Source of the DNA: the human T2T-CHM13v2.0 reference genome, Homo sapiens
Assembly (NCBI RefSeq): GCF_009914755.1
Contig: NC_060935.1
Reading direction: 5' to 3' (one strand)
DNA: 64,000 nucleotides
The translations under genes and the position numbers were made by a program. Below, piece after piece: positions 38,116 to 57,864 of this stretch; positions within the stretch are counted from its first letter, which is position 1; each line of letters starts with the position of its first letter. Below the pieces are notes generated by a model. It saw nothing but the letters and a program-made list of their open reading frames with translations, was not told the DNA's origin and did not search any database.

Positions 38116-39588
38116 CTCAGCAGGCTAGGAATAAAGAAGTTGCAGTTCAGGGATACCATGGAGTCTGAGACCTGAGATAGAAGAGGCAGCCTTAGAGAAA
38201 ATTGGGCCAAAATTCAGCGTGCTGATTCCCCTTGAGGAGTTTGCCAATTCCTTAGCTGTGCATGTTCAGGGCAAGATTCTCAGCACCTGAATGGAAAGCA
38301 GCAGCTGTGAAGCTAAACAGTTATGCAAAGACTAGCAGTCTGATGGTGCTGGGGAGTCAGAGGCTGGAGGTCAGGGCCTGAGGAGGTAGAGCAACCCTTG
38401 TAAATAAACACTGAAACACTAGGAAGCTTTGAAACACTAGAAGGGCTGTACTCTAGGAGTAAGGACAACCCAGAAAAAGATCAACGCTAGCACTAGCAAA
38501 AGTTAAGCGTCCTCTCAGATGGATCAAGATCTGCCAGTACCCTTATCTGCCTGAATTCTTTCTAGAGAAACGTAACAGTTTCAGAGAACAGAGTCTCTAA
38601 TTTTTTCATATAAAATCACTATCCATTCACACTCACACACCAAGCATGCCAAGAAACTACCAAATAAGTAAAAAAAAAAAAAGTGGAAAAAAATAGCGAC
38701 AGAACCACAGGTGATCTAAACATTGGAACTATGAGGGATTTTAAAATAAAATGATTCTCCAGGTCCTGTTAGAAAATATTGGTTGCATCTTCTGAAAAAG
38801 AGATGCCCGCATCTAAGAACTCCAGGAGCTCAAGTAGCTGCCTGTTACCTATTACCACCACAGGCTCAGCAAGAAGATACACAGAGATGTTCCTCCTGAG
38901 CAGAATTATTTTTTTTTCTTACATTAAGTTCTAGGGCACATGCGCACAACGTGCAGGTTTGTTACATATGTATACCTGTGCCGTGTTTGTTTACTGCACC
39001 CATTAACTCATCATTTACACTGGGTATTTCTCCTAATGCTATCCCTCTCCCATCCCCCCACCCCACGACAGGCCCCAGTGTGTGATGTTCCCCACCCTGT
39101 GTCCAAGTGTTCTCATTGTTCAATTCCCACCTATGAGTGAGAACATGTGGTGTTTGGTTTTCTGTCCTTGCAATAGTTGTGAGCAAAGTCTTTAATACTA
39201 GCTGAATGTTGGTGCAAACTCTAGGTAATGTCATGAACTGAGCTACCAACTGTGAGCTGGGAGGACTCATTTGTATCTCAGACCTGAAGTCTCTATTAAA
39301 CAGGCCTCTGTGGCCCCTTTTCCTATGGCCTTCATCCAAATATTTATCCTCTAGAGCTTACCATTCTAAAAAGAAAGAAATGATTACCCCATACAAAAGT
39401 GGACAAAGGAAAAAAAAAACAGCATTTATTCTCAGTATATTTTTGCTTAGCCTCTTTCAATAAGCCCTATCCGTATAACTACAAGCCGATTGCTGTGCAT
39501 CCTTGGACAGCTCATATTTGAATTGTTTTTCCTCTGCAAATGGAGTGATGAGAGGGGTTCCTTGGACTTGAACTAGAAGTTAGAGTCT

Positions 39589-42500
39589 TCAACATACTGA
39601 TTTCATATATTTGGATATATACACAGTAGTGAGATTGCTGGATCATAGATAGTTCTATTTTTAATTTTTTTATGACTGTCCATACTGTTTTCCATAATAG
39701 TTATACTATCTAACATTCCCACCAACAATGTGCAAGGGTTCCCCTTCTCCCCATTCTCTCCAACACTTTTTATTTTTTGTCTTTTCGTTAATAGTCATTC
39801 TAACATGTATGAGGTGATATCTCATTGTGGTTTTAATTTGCATTTCCCTGATGATTAATTTTGTTGACCTCTTTCTTTTCTTCATTTACCTATGGGCCAT
39901 TTGTATGTCTTATTTGAGAATTGCCTATTTAGGTACTTTGCCCATTTTTTAAGAAGTTTATTCCCTACTATTGGGTTGTTGGAATTATTTATATATTTTG
40001 GCTATTAACCCCTTATCAGATAAAGGTTTGCAAATATTTTCTCCCATTCCATAGATTGCCTTTTTCTTCTGTTATTTCCTGCCTATGCAGAAGTTTTTCT
40101 AGTTTTAAATAATTCTGCCAATTTTCATTATTGTTGCCTATGATTTTGGATTCTTATTCAAAAAATTGTTGTCCAGACCAATGTCATGAAGCTTTTCCCC
40201 CGTTTTCTATTAGCTGTTTTAGAGTTTCTAGTCTTACAGTTAAGCGTTTAATCCATTTTGACGTAATTTTTGTATGTAGAGTGAGATAAGGATCTAATTT
40301 TATTCTTTTGTTTGTGGATATTGAGTTATCCCAATACCATTTATTAAAGAGACTGATTGTCCCCCTTGTCTGTTCTTGCCACCTTTGGCAAAAGTCAATT
40401 GACAGTAAATGTGTGGAATTATACCTAGGTTCTTTAGTCTGCTCCATTGGTCTTTGTGTCCTTTTGTTAATGTTAGTACCTTGCTGTTTTAATTACTATA
40501 GCTTTATAATATATTTTGTAGTATATTTTGAAGTCAGGTATTATTATACGTCCAGTTTTGGTTTTTGTATTTTATTTTTCATGTTTTACTTGAGAGTGCT
40601 TTGGCTATTCAAGGTCTTATATGGTTCCATAATAATTTTAAGGTTGTGTTTTCTACCTCTGTGGAGAATGTCATTGGTATTTTGATAGGGACTACACTGA
40701 ATCTGTAGATTGCTTTGGGTAGTGTGGATGTTTTAACAATATTAATTCTTCCAATCCATGAATAGAGGCTATCTTCCCATTTATTTGTGTCTTCTTCAGT
40801 TTCCTTCATCAGTGTTTTCTAGTTTTCAGTGTACAGGTTTTTCACTTCCTTCGCTAAATATATTCCTAAGTAACTTATTCTTATTAATGCTATCATAAAT
40901 GAAATTGTGTTCTTGATTTCTTTTTTAGATAGTTTCTTGTTAGTGTATAGAAAAGCTACTAATTTTATGTGTTAATTTTATATCTTGCTAATTTACTGAA
41001 TTTTTATCAGTGCTAACAGTTTTTTGGTGGAGTCTATAAAGTTTTCTTCATATACAATCATGTCATCTGCAAACCAGGGACAATTTAACTGCTTCCTTTT
41101 TGATCTAGAAACCTTTTATTTCTTTCTCCTGCTGAATTGCCCTGGCTAGGACTTCCAGTACTATGCTGACTAGAAGTGGTCAGAGTGCGCATTTTTATTA
41201 TGTTCCTGACCTTTGAGGAAAAGCTTTAAACTTTTCCTCACTGAGTATGATGTTAGCTGAGGGTATGTCTTATATGGCCTTTATTGTGTTGAGGTGCATT
41301 CCTTCTATATGTAATTTGTTGAGAACATTTTTCATGGAAAAAAATGTTGAATTTTGTTAAATACTTTCTCCATCTATTGAGATGACCATATGATTTCTGT
41401 TCGTCATTCTGTTAATATGGTATATCACGTGTATGTGGAACCATCTTTACCCTATGGATAAATCTCACTTGATCTTGATGAATGATCATTTTTATATGCT
41501 GTTGAATTCAGTTTACTAGTATTGTTGAGGATTTTTGCATCTATGTTTATATTTGTTGAGGATGTTTGCGTGTAATTTTTTTGAGACAGTATCTCACTCT
41601 GCTGCCCAGGCTGGAATGCAGTGGTGTGATCATGGCTCACTTCAGCCTCAACTCCTGGGCTCCAGCAATCCTCTTACCTCAGCCTCCCAAGTAGCTGGGA
41701 TTACAGGCATGCACCACCTTGTCTAGCTATCTTTTTCTATTTTTTGTAGAAACTTGGTCTCGCTATGTTGCCTAGGTTGGTCTCAAACTTCGGGGCTCAA
41801 GTGGTCCTCCTGCCTCAGCCTCTCAATGTATCAGGATTATAGGTGTGAGCCACTGCTCTCAGAGTTATTTTCTTTTATTGTATGGTCCTTGTCTGTCTTT
41901 CGCATCAGATAGTCCTAGCCTCATGAAATGAGTTTGGAATTTTGCCCTCTTCAGTTTTTTTAAAGTGTTTGAGAAGGACTGGTTTTCTTTCTTCTTTAAG
42001 TGTTTTGTAGAATTCATGAGTGAAACCATCAAGTCCTGGGCTTTTCTTTTCTTTTAAACAGCTTTAAAGATATAATTTACATATCATACAATTCATCCAT
42101 TTAAAGTGTATCATCCAGCCTAAATGCCCATCAACCAACAAGTGGAAAAAGAAAATGTAGTATATACACCATGGAATACTACTCAGCTATAAAAAGAAAT
42201 GAAATAATGGCATTTGCAGCAACCTGGATGGAGTTGGAGACCATTGTTCTAAGTGAAGTAACTCAAGAGTGGAAAATCAAATATTGTATGTTCTCACTTA
42301 CAAGTGGGAGCTAAGCTAGGAGGATGCAAAGGTATGAAAATTATATAATGGACTTTGGGGATGTGGGAGGAAGGGTGGGAGGAGGTGAGGGATAAAAGAC
42401 TACACGTTGGGTATAGTATACGCAGCTCTGGTAACCAGTGCCCCAAAATCTCAGAAATCACCACTGCAGAACTTATCTATGTAACCAAAAACCATCTGTT

Positions 42501-45500
42501 CCCCAAAAACTATTGAAATGTAATAAAAAATAGAAATAACAAAAATCAATAAAGTCTATAATCCGATGGTCTTAGTATGTTCACAGAGTTACACAACCAT
42601 CACCACAATCAATTTTAGAACATTTTCATCACATAAAAAACTTCATAACCATTAGCAGTCATTCTTCCTCTTCCTCCCCACTCCCACCTATTCTCTTCCC
42701 CTCTTCCCCTAGCCCCAGGCAATTACTTATCTACTTTCTAACTCTATATAATTGCCTATTCTGGACACATGTTTAATATATTATATACATTTCTCCTATA
42801 TAACTGTAATTACATATCCTTTGACCACCATCTCCCTATCCCTACCTCTCCCTTAACCATCCACACCTCTGGTAACCAACATTCTACTCCCTACTTCTGT
42901 GAGATCAAGTTTTTTCTCACTCACATATGAGTGAGATCATCCAACATTTGTCATTTTATGCCTTATCTATTTAACTTAATGTTCTCCAGGTTCAAACATG
43001 TTGCAACTAACAGGATTGTGTTCTTTTTGTTGGCTGAATAGTATTCCATTGTGTATACATACCACATTTTCTTTATCCATTTTTATCTGTCGATGGGACA
43101 CTTAGGGTGATTCCATATCTTGGCCTTTGTGAATAGTGCTGCAATAAACCTGGAAGCACAGATATCTCTTTGATATACTGATTTTATTTCCTTTGGATAT
43201 ATACTCAGTAGTGGTGTTACTGAATCATATGATAATTCTATTTTTAATATTTTAAGGACCCTACAGAGTGTTTTCCATAATGTCTGTACTAATTAACATT
43301 CCCACCAGCAGTGTGTAAGAGTTCATTTTTCTCCACATCCTTACTATTTGTTCTTTTGTCTTTTTGATAATAGCCCTTAAGATAGGTGCAAAGTGATATC
43401 TCATTGTGGTTTTGATTTATATTTCCCTGATCATCAGTGATGTTTAACATTTTTTAATACACCTATTGACCTATTGGCCATTTGTATGTCTTCTTTTGAG
43501 AAATGTTTACTCAGGTGTTTTGCCCTTTTTAAAATAGTGTTGTTTGTTTTCTTGTCATTAAGTTGTTTGGATTCCCTATAAATTTTAGATATTAATGCCA
43601 TATCAGTTGTATAGACTGCAAAGATTTTCTCCCACTTTACAGGTTGTGTTTGCACTTTGTGGATTGTTTTCTCTGCTGTGCAGAATCTTTTTCTTTGAAT
43701 GTAATCTCATTTGTCTATTTTGCTTTTTGTCATCTTTGATTTTGAGGTCATATCCAAAAAAAAATCCTTACCCACACCAATCTCTGAAGCCTTTCCCCTA
43801 TATTTTCTTCTAGTAGTTTCATGGTTTCTGGTCTTATGTTTAGGTCTTTAATCTTCTTTGACCTTTTTTATACATAAGGTGAGATAAGGGTCTAATTTCA
43901 TTGTGCATGTGACTATCTACTTCTTCCTATCCTACTTACTGAAGAGACTCCTTTTCCCAATATGTGTTCTTGGTGACTTACTTGATCGAAAATCTATTGT
44001 CTCTAAGTGCTTGGAATTATTTCTAGGCTCTCTATTTCTGTTTCATTGGTCAATGTATCTGTTTTTATGCTAGTGCCATGATGTTTTGGTTACTATAGCT
44101 TTATTGCATATTTCGCAGCCCCGTAATATGATGCCTTCAACTTTGTTCTTTGTGGTGAAAATTACTTTGGTTATTTGGGGGTTTGTGTGGTTTTATAGGT
44201 CTTTTAGGATTGTTTTTCCTATTTCTGTAAAAAAGTGTCATTAGTATTTTGATAGTGATTGCATTGAATCTGTATATAGTTTTGAGTAGTATGAATGTTT
44301 TAGCAATATTTATTTTTCCAATTTATTCATATGTAATATTCATTTCTTTGTGTCTTCTTCAATTTCTTTAATCAGTTTTTTTTTCATCGTAGAGATATTT
44401 CACCTTCTTGGTTAAATTTATGTCTGGGTATTTTATTTTATTTTTGCAGCTATTGTAAATGGGATAGTTTTCTTGATTTCTTTTTCAGATAGTTTGCTAT
44501 TAACATATAAAAAGACTACTAATATTTTTTGTTGATTTTTTATCCTTCAACTTTACTGAATTTGCATATTAGTTCTAATAGTTATTGGTGGAGTCTTTAG
44601 AGTTTTCTACGTATAAGATAATGTTATTCGCAAACAGGGAAAAATTAACTCCTTCCTTTCCAGTGTGGATGCCTTCTATTTCTTTCTCTTGCCTAATTGC
44701 TCTGGCTAGGACTTCCATACTATGTTGAATACAAGTAGTGAAATTAGGCATCCTTGTCTTGTTGCCGATTTCAGTGAAAAAGCTTTCAACTTTTCCCCAC
44801 TGAGTATAATGTTAGCTGAGGGTTTGTCATATATGACCTTTATTGTGTTGAGATGCATTCCTTCTACACCTAATTTGTTCAGAGTTTTTATCATGAAGAG
44901 TGTTGAATTTTGTCAAACACTTTTTCAGCATCTATTAAAATGATTATATTTTTCCTTCATTCTGTTAATTTAATGTATCACATTTATTGATATTCATATT
45001 TTGAACCATCCTTGCATTCCTGGGATGTATCTCACTTGATCATGGTGAACAATCTTTTCCACAGACTGTTGAAATCAGTTTGATAGCATTTTATTGAGGA
45101 TGACTGTATCTATGTTCCTCAGGGATATTGGTCTGTAGTTTTTCTTCTTTTTTTTGGGGACCTTGTCTGGTTTTGGTGCCTGGGTACAGCCGACCTTGTA
45201 GAATTAGTTGGGAATAATTCCCTCCTCTTTAGTTTTTTGGAATATTTTGTGAAGAATTGGTAGTAAATCTTCTGTAAATATTTGACAAAATTAAGCTGTG
45301 CGGTACTGAGCTTTTTTTGATGGCTTCCTTTTATTATTGATTCAATCTCCTTGCACATTATTGGTCTGTTCAGGTTTCCATTTATTCATAATGCAATTTT
45401 GGTAGGTCCTATGTTTCCAGGAATTTATCTATTTCTTCTCGATTTTCCAATTATTTGGTGTATAATTGTTCATAATAGACTTCAGATCCTCTATGATTTC

Positions 45501-47660
45501 TGCAATATCAGTTGTAACGTCTCCTTTTTCATCTCTCATTTTATTTATTTGAGTTTTCTCTTTTTTTCTTAGTCTAATTACCGGTTTGTCAATTTTGTTT
45601 ATCTTTTCAACAAATCAACTCTTCTTTTCATGTCTCTCTTCTATTGTTTGTCTTTAAACAATATAAAGTAGTCTAGTTTTATAGGTAAAAAAAGGAGTAC
45701 TAATTTTGCGTTTGCTCTTGCTTTTCTATTTTCTTGAGGTAAAATGGTAGGTTGTATATTGGTGCTGTTTCTTCTTTTGTTTTTATTTTTAATTTTTGTG
45801 GATAAATAATCGGTGTATATATTTATGGGGTGCATTATATGTTTTGATACAGGCATGTAATGCATAATAATCACATCATGGAGAACGAGGTATACATCTC
45901 AAGCGTTTATCTTTTTTTGTTACCAACAATTCACTTTTACTCTTTTAGCTGTTTCAAATGTACAATCAAATTATTGTCAACTGTAATCATCCTTTTGTGC
46001 TATCAAAGAGTAGGTCTTATTCATTCTACTTTTTGTATCCATTAACCAACCCCACCTTCTCCCCAACCCCCAATACACTTCCCAGCCTCTGGTAACCATC
46101 CTTCTACTCTCTATGTCCATGAGCTCAGTTGTTTTGATTTTTAGATCCAGCATAAATGAGAACATGCAATGTTTGTCTTTCTTTGCAAGCTTTATTTCAG
46201 TTAACATAGTGATCTCCAGTTATATTCATGTTGTCACAAACAACAGGATCTCATTCTTTGCATGGCTGAATATTACTACTGAATATTAGAATAATAGTAA
46301 TCCATTGTGTACATTACCAGATTTTCTTTATTCATTCATCTGTTGATGGACACTTAGGTTGCTTCCAAATCTTGGCTATTGTGAATAGTGCTGCAATAAA
46401 CATAGGAGTGCAGATATCTCTTCCATATGCTGGTTTCCTTTCTTTTGGGTGTATACCCAGCAGTAGGATTGCTGGATCCCATGGTAGCTCTCTTTTCAGT
46501 ATTTTGAGGAACCTCCAAACTGTTCTCCACAGTGGTTATACTAGTTTGCATTCCCACCAACAGTGTACAAGAGATTGCTTCTCTTCACATCCTCACCAGC
46601 ATTTGTTATTGCCTGTCTCTTGGATAAAAGCCATTTTAACTGGGGTGAGGTGGTATCTCATTGTAGTTTTAATTTGCATTTCTCAGACGAGCAACGCTAT
46701 TGCTTTCATAGGAGGCACCTTTTCATAAGCCCATTTGCCATTTGTATGTCTTCTTTTGAGAAATGTCTATTCAAATCTTTTGCCTAATTTTTAATCGGAT
46801 TTTTAGACTTTTTTCCTATAGCATTGTCTGAACTCCTTGTATACTCTGGCTATGAACCCCTTTTCAGATAGGTACTTTGTAAATATTTGCTACCATTCTG
46901 TGGGTTGTCTCTTCACTTAGTTGAATGTTTCTTTTGCTGTGCAGAAGTTTTTTAACTTGATGTGATCCTATTTGTCCATTTTGGCTGTGGTTGCCTGTGC
47001 TTATGGGGTATTGCTCAAGAAATTTTTGCCCAGACCATTGCCTGGGAGAGTTTCCCCAATGTTTTCTTGTAGTACTTTCTTAGCTTGAAGTATTAGACTT
47101 AACGCTTTAGTCCATTTTGATTTGATTTTTGTATATGGTGAGAGATTCAGTGATACAGCCTAGTTTCTTTTTTCTTTCTTTTTTTTTGCATGTGGATATC
47201 TAGTTTCCCTAGCACCATCTGTTAAAGAGACTGCCTTTTCCCCAGTGTATGTTCCTGGCACCTTTGTCAAAAATGAGTTTACTGTAGGTGTGTGGATTTG
47301 TTTCTGTGTTCTTCATTCTGTTCCATTGGTCTATGTGTCTGTTTTCATGACAATACCATGCTGTTTGGGTTACTATAGCTCTGTAGTATGATTTGAAGTC
47401 AGGTAATGTGGCTCTCCCAGTTTCGTTCATTTTGCTTAGGATGGCTTTGGCTATTCTGGGTCTTTTGTGGTTCCGTATACATTTTAGGATTTTTTTTATT
47501 TGTGTGAAGAATGCCATTGATATTTTGATAGTGATTGCATTGAATCTGTAGGTTGCTTCGGGTAGTATGGACATTTTAACAATATTGGCTCTTCCAATCC
47601 ATGAACGTGGAATATCTTTCCATTTTTTTGGGTATCCTCTTCAATTTCTTTCATCAGTTA
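39589..47660 (-). mobile_element. Cluster of nested old L1 fragments (L1M/L1PB-type), mostly antisense, with an AluJ at ~41575-41860 and a sense L1 3' end at ~42110-42540
   Basis: Minus-strand ORF2 peptide fragments, e.g. 40609-40809, 44706-44894, 47209-47574. Confidence 0.9.
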
Positions 47661-50601
47661 TTTGTTTCCTTCCCCTGCCACTTTCAGAATCTTTATTTTT
47701 GAACTTTGACAGTGTGATTATAATTCATATTGGGGTAATCTTGCTTGGATTTAATATGACATAGATTATTTATATTAAATACATTTTTACTTTAAATATC
47801 TTCAACTTATGATTACTTTATTGGGACGTAACCTCATCAGACATCAAGGAACGATCATATGATAAAGCAAGTAGAGTTAAAATTTAATGAAAGAATCTTG
47901 GTGGTTGACTATATAATTGGTCATCATAATTTTTTTTAATTTTCTGTATATTTGAAACTTTGTATAATAAAATAAGAAAAAATTTATTTACTTGAATAAA
48001 TCATGGTGACTCTTTAAGAATAGCCAATACAGAATAATGGAAATAAAATGATTATAAAGGTTACCAATTCTTGATGTTCTTAGATATCCATTGTTGATAA
48101 ATTTTAATGTATACTGTTATATGTTTTTCATGTGTATGAGCATTTGTGTGTGTGAATGTTTGTTGTTTCCCTAGTATCTATTGCATCTACTATCATTACT
48201 AACATAATAGTTACTAAATCAAGAAAATAATTTTTCATTTTAAGAAGCAAACGTATGAAATTTTCATTGTAGACTATTTGGAAAATATTTAAATATACAA
48301 AGAATTTCCTTTTTTACTCTTGTGTTTATGGTACATTCTGTTTATCTCTTACTTGAACTTTTAAATGCATTTGGAAATCAAACATTTTTATTTCAATAAT
48401 TTATACCCTATTATTTTACCCATATTTCTAACAAGTATTTATCATACTTGAAACATATTTTAACTAGCTGCAAATTACAACAATTTAGTTACCAGTGTAA
48501 CTTTTTCATATTTAACATCTACTGTATTTCACATTTTACAGATTGTCCAAAAAGTAATCTTTTTTACAAGAATTTCCTTATTTTATCTGTTCCTTAATTC
48601 TAGTTATATAGGAGGACCTACATTTTATGTAGTCAAGTCACCAAACATTTTCTCTGGGTGTTTCCCTTCTCTTTTTAACTTCAGGAATTGTTCTGATTCT
48701 AATATAAGTCTATTACTTACTCTGTCTTTATTCCATTTATTTTAGATTTTAAATTGATATATGTAATATTTCAACAATATGTTATTTAAAAATATAATGT
48801 AATAATATTATAATTACCAACAATTACACTCATAAAAATAATTGTTAATATTGAAAACATTTCATTATTTAATCATATTTTCATGTATTTCTATGTTGTA
48901 TAATGATTAGTATATTTTTACTTAATGTTACATGACAAGAATTTCCTTTGGTACAAAATGAACTTCACATATTTATTTAACTTTATTTAATACTGCCTAA
49001 CAGATTTTCACATAAACAATATATTACAAAATATATCATTTTAGCCAACCTATAGATTCTTATTGAATATTTATTTGAGATGATTTGCCAGTATCAATAA
49101 ACTTGTCATAAACATGATTATTCATAAATTTTTGTATGTGCTCTATGTTACTTTTTTATATGGGATAGATTCTTAAAGTTTTCTTATTTACATTTGACAT
49201 GCTCTTGGCCAGGTAGAATATATACAAATTGTAAATACATGTTATGAAAACTAGGATCATTTTTGCTTGTCAACTATACTAAAAATAATTAAATAAAAAA
49301 TTGTCAAATTAAAGATGCCAGTGCGAGTTATAATTTAAATCATAAATTTTTGTATAATGAAAATTATAATTTCTTAATGCAGAATTTTCTTAATGAGGTG
49401 TTATTTCTGCAAAAATGATACCCTTCTTCCAAGAGCTAGAAGTACATGATTAAAGTACCCAAGGCAATGTTTAGCTTTCAAAAAAAAATTCAGCATGAGT
49501 AGAATCCTGAATGGAGTAGGTTAGATATCAATGACACTCTCCCAGCCCAATCAATCTATGACTTTAGACAGAAGCTTGTCATCCAACAAATTCAGGGTTG
49601 TCTTGGTTTTTGTTTTTGTTTTTTAACTAATTGCAAAGAGGGAGACCAGAGGAACAATGGGGTGTCTCAACAAACAAATGAAAAGATTTAGTTATTATAG
49701 GATTTAGGGTACAGATTAGTTTTAGGCAAAATAATCAACATTTTAATAAGGTTAAAATAAAGCAGGGGTATCTCTAAAGAGATTAACATAAATACTGAAA
49801 TCTTATTTTAGAACCCAGCTGCCTGATCTGAGAATGGGTGGCTAAACTCCCCCATTCATCAAAGGTTGGCCTGTGATGTCGTTCTTTTATGAATTTTGGC
49901 TTGAAAATCTTTCATTCCCTATTTAGGTATATGTACTCAAAATTGGCTAGCCAGAGAACTTTTCACTGAGAACAGGATATGTGGACTGAAACTTACCTAA
50001 TAAGCAGTAAGCCATAGAAAAATAGGCAGTGAGAGTATTTGGGGCACAGGAAAAAGAAATTTCAAAAAGCCGACTTCTAAAATTAGATGAAGGAGTTCAA
50101 AGAATAGAAATGGTTGTAGCAGAGTATTTGTGGAGGTGAAGCAGAAGATAAAGTAGATGAGGTGAATAGAAATCTAATCATGTAGGGTCAAGTATGCAAA
50201 TGTTAAGATTTGAAGATAGGATTTATGGATTTTTTTCTGATTGAATCTTGGAAAATTGTTGGGGAGGTATAGGAGCAAGTTGATACTATAAAAGCTGAGA
50301 AGATAATTCAAGGACAGAACAGTAAAGTATCTTCAAATGCTCCTGAGAGGTTAAAACAAGAGGAGGAGAGAAAAATGATCATTGACAATATAAAACCACA
50401 AATTGCACTATTATTTCCCATGTAAAAAAAAAGCTCTATGACATAAAATACGTCACATACCACTATACTCTCTTCAGGAGAAGCAACGAAATTGTTGGTT
50501 GAAATTGTAGGCTGTTAAAAATCATAGAAATGACTAAATTCACTCTAACAGGATTGATAGAAATAAAAAAGTCTGGAAATTTCTGATATTCTTTAAAATC
50601 A

Positions 50602-55570
<4,969 letters not shown>

Positions 55571-55699
55571 GACCTTGTCTTTTGCTAGGCATTCAGCATG
55601 GGTATTGTTCAATCTAGTCAGGAGTTGAGATGGTTTAGGCTTTGTTGTTGTTATAATGATCCTGAATAAACCACATGTTTAATGGCCTCTAGTGTTACT

Positions 55700-56750
55700 C
55701 TCTTAGTCTATTTCTACTGTTATAACAAAATGCCTGAGACTGGACAATTTATAAATAATAGAAACTTATTCCTCACAGTTTTTGAGCCTGGAACGTGCAA
55801 AATCAAGGTGCTTGCAGGTTTGGCATCTGGTGAGGGCCTAGTCTGTTCTTCCAAGATGCCACCTTGAACACTGTATCTTCACAAGACAAAAGAAACAGAA
55901 GAGCAAAAAGGGCCTAGGCTAGTTCCCTCCAGCCCTTTGATAAGTTCACTAATTCCATGTAGGAAGGCTCTGCTCTCACGACTTAATCACTTCCTAAAAG
56001 CCTTGCCTCTTAATATTATCACATTGGTGGTTGAGTTTTAACATATGAATTTTGGGGAATATCTTCAGACCATAACTTTCCATCCTTAGCCCACCAAATT
56101 CATTTCCTTCTCACACACAAAATACATTCATTCCATCTTAATAGCCCCAAAAAGTTATAACTCATTCCAGTACCAATTCAAAATTCTAAGGTCTAGAGTC
56201 TCATCTAAATCACATATGAGTGAGACCCAAGGTACAATTCATCCTGAGGCAAATTTCTCTCCAGCTGTGAGCCTGTGAAATCAAATAAGTTATGTGTTTC
56301 CAAAATACAATGGTGAGACAAGCATAGACTAGACACTTTCATTCCAAAAGGGAGAAATAGCCAAGAAAAAAAAGGGGGGTAATGGGTCCCAAGTAAGCCC
56401 AAATCCAAACAAGGTAAATAACATTAAAACTTTAAGCTTGAGAATAATTTTTGACTCCATGCCCTGCCTTCCAGACACACTGGGGTGGCGGTTGGGTCCC
56501 AAGGCTTCAGGGGACCCGACCTCCATGTCTTTGCCGGATGCAGCCCATGCTGCAGCTTTCACAGGTTGGAGTTCAGTGCCTGTGGCTCTCTCGAGCTAGA
56601 GTTGCACGTTGGTGATTCTACAGGTCTGGAGTGTTGGGAGCAGCCCAGCCCTACAGTTCTCTTGGGCATGACCCAAGTGGAACTGTGAGGTGGCTCCACT
56701 ACGCATTACCCTCTCTGTGTGACTCTGCCCCTGTGGCAGTTCTCTCTGTG
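55700..56750. mobile_element. ERVL-MaLR LTR (MST/MLT1A-like) plus internal fragment
   Basis: 'ttagtctatttctactgttataacaaaatgcctgagactggacaatttata...aatcaaggtg' then MaLR-int-like 'ttgactccatgccctgccttccagacacact'. Confidence 0.8.
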
Positions 56751-56799
56751 GGCACTGCACTTCAGCCTGGGTGACAGAGACTGTCTCAAAAAAATTAAA

Positions 56800-57250
56800 A
56801 AGGCAAAAGATCTGGACAGACATCTCATCAAAGAAGATACACAGATGGCAAAGAAGCATATGAAAAGGTAGTCAACAACATGTCATTGGAGAATTACAAA
56901 TTTACACAACATGAGATACCACTACATACCTATTAGAATGGTGAAAATCCAAAACACTGACAACAGTACATGCTGGGGAGGATGTGGAACAGCAGGAGCT
57001 CTCATTCACTGCTGATGGGAATGCAAAATGGTACAGCCACTTAAGAAGGCAGCTTGGCAGTTTCTTACAAAACTAAGCATACTCTTACCATACAATCCAG
57101 CAATCATGCTCCTGGGTATTTGCCCAAATGAGTTAAAAATGTATGTCCACACAAAAACCTGCAGACAGATATTTATAGCAGCTTTATTCATAATTGCCAA
57201 AATTGGCAATCAAGATGTCCTTCAGTCAGTGTATGCACAGGTAAATTGTA
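56800..57250 (+). mobile_element. Old L1M ORF2 3' fragment
   Basis: Peptide 57028-57288 resembles the L1 ORF2 C-terminus. Confidence 0.8.
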
Positions 57251-57547
57251 AAAAAAAAAGCAAAAATCAAATAATAACACCTAAATAAAAGATATTCAGG
57301 TCAGAAAGGAGGATGTAAACCTGTATTTATTAAGAGATGACATGGCTGCTTATGTAAAAAAAAAAAATCCTAAGAATCTACACAACACTTGGGATAAATA
57401 AATGGATTTAGCAAGGTCAGGGACACCAAGTTTAAAATACAAAAATAAATTATGCTTTATATAAAACCAGCAAATAATTTAAAATACCATTACAAACAAT
57501 TTTATTTATCATAACACTAAAACAAAGCATAAAATATCTAAATTTTA

Positions 57548-57864
57548 TGGCTGGGCACAATGACTCTCGTGTGTTATCCCAGCACTTCAGGAGGCCAAGG
57601 CAGGCAGATTGCTTGCACTCAGGAGTTCAAGACTAGCCTGGGCAACATGGTGAGCCCCATCTCTACTAAAAACACAAAACAACTTGGCTGGGCATGGTGG
57701 TACACGCCTGCAGTCCCAGCCACTCTGGAGGCTGAGGTGGGAGGATCACTTGAAAGCAGGAGGGGTGGCAGGGGCAGTGGTGGAGGTTGCAGTAAGCCAA
57801 GAGCTGAGATCGCGCCAGTGCACTCTAGCCTGGGTGACAGAGCAAGACCCTGTCTCAAAAAAAA
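57548..57864 (+). mobile_element. AluJ element
   Basis: Full dimer with AluJ-type 'caggagttcaagactagcctgggcaacatgg'. Confidence 0.9.

Larger units (their letters stand above)
28335..39588 (-). repeat. Right arm of the inverted segmental duplication
   Basis: Reverse complement of 4877-21704 without the HERV-H internal region; ends abruptly at 'tagagtct' (39588) against an old L1. Confidence 0.97.

Noticed and set aside
47660-50600. Very AT-rich stretch
   Set aside because: No periodicity, ORF or recognisable element; consistent with decayed repeats.
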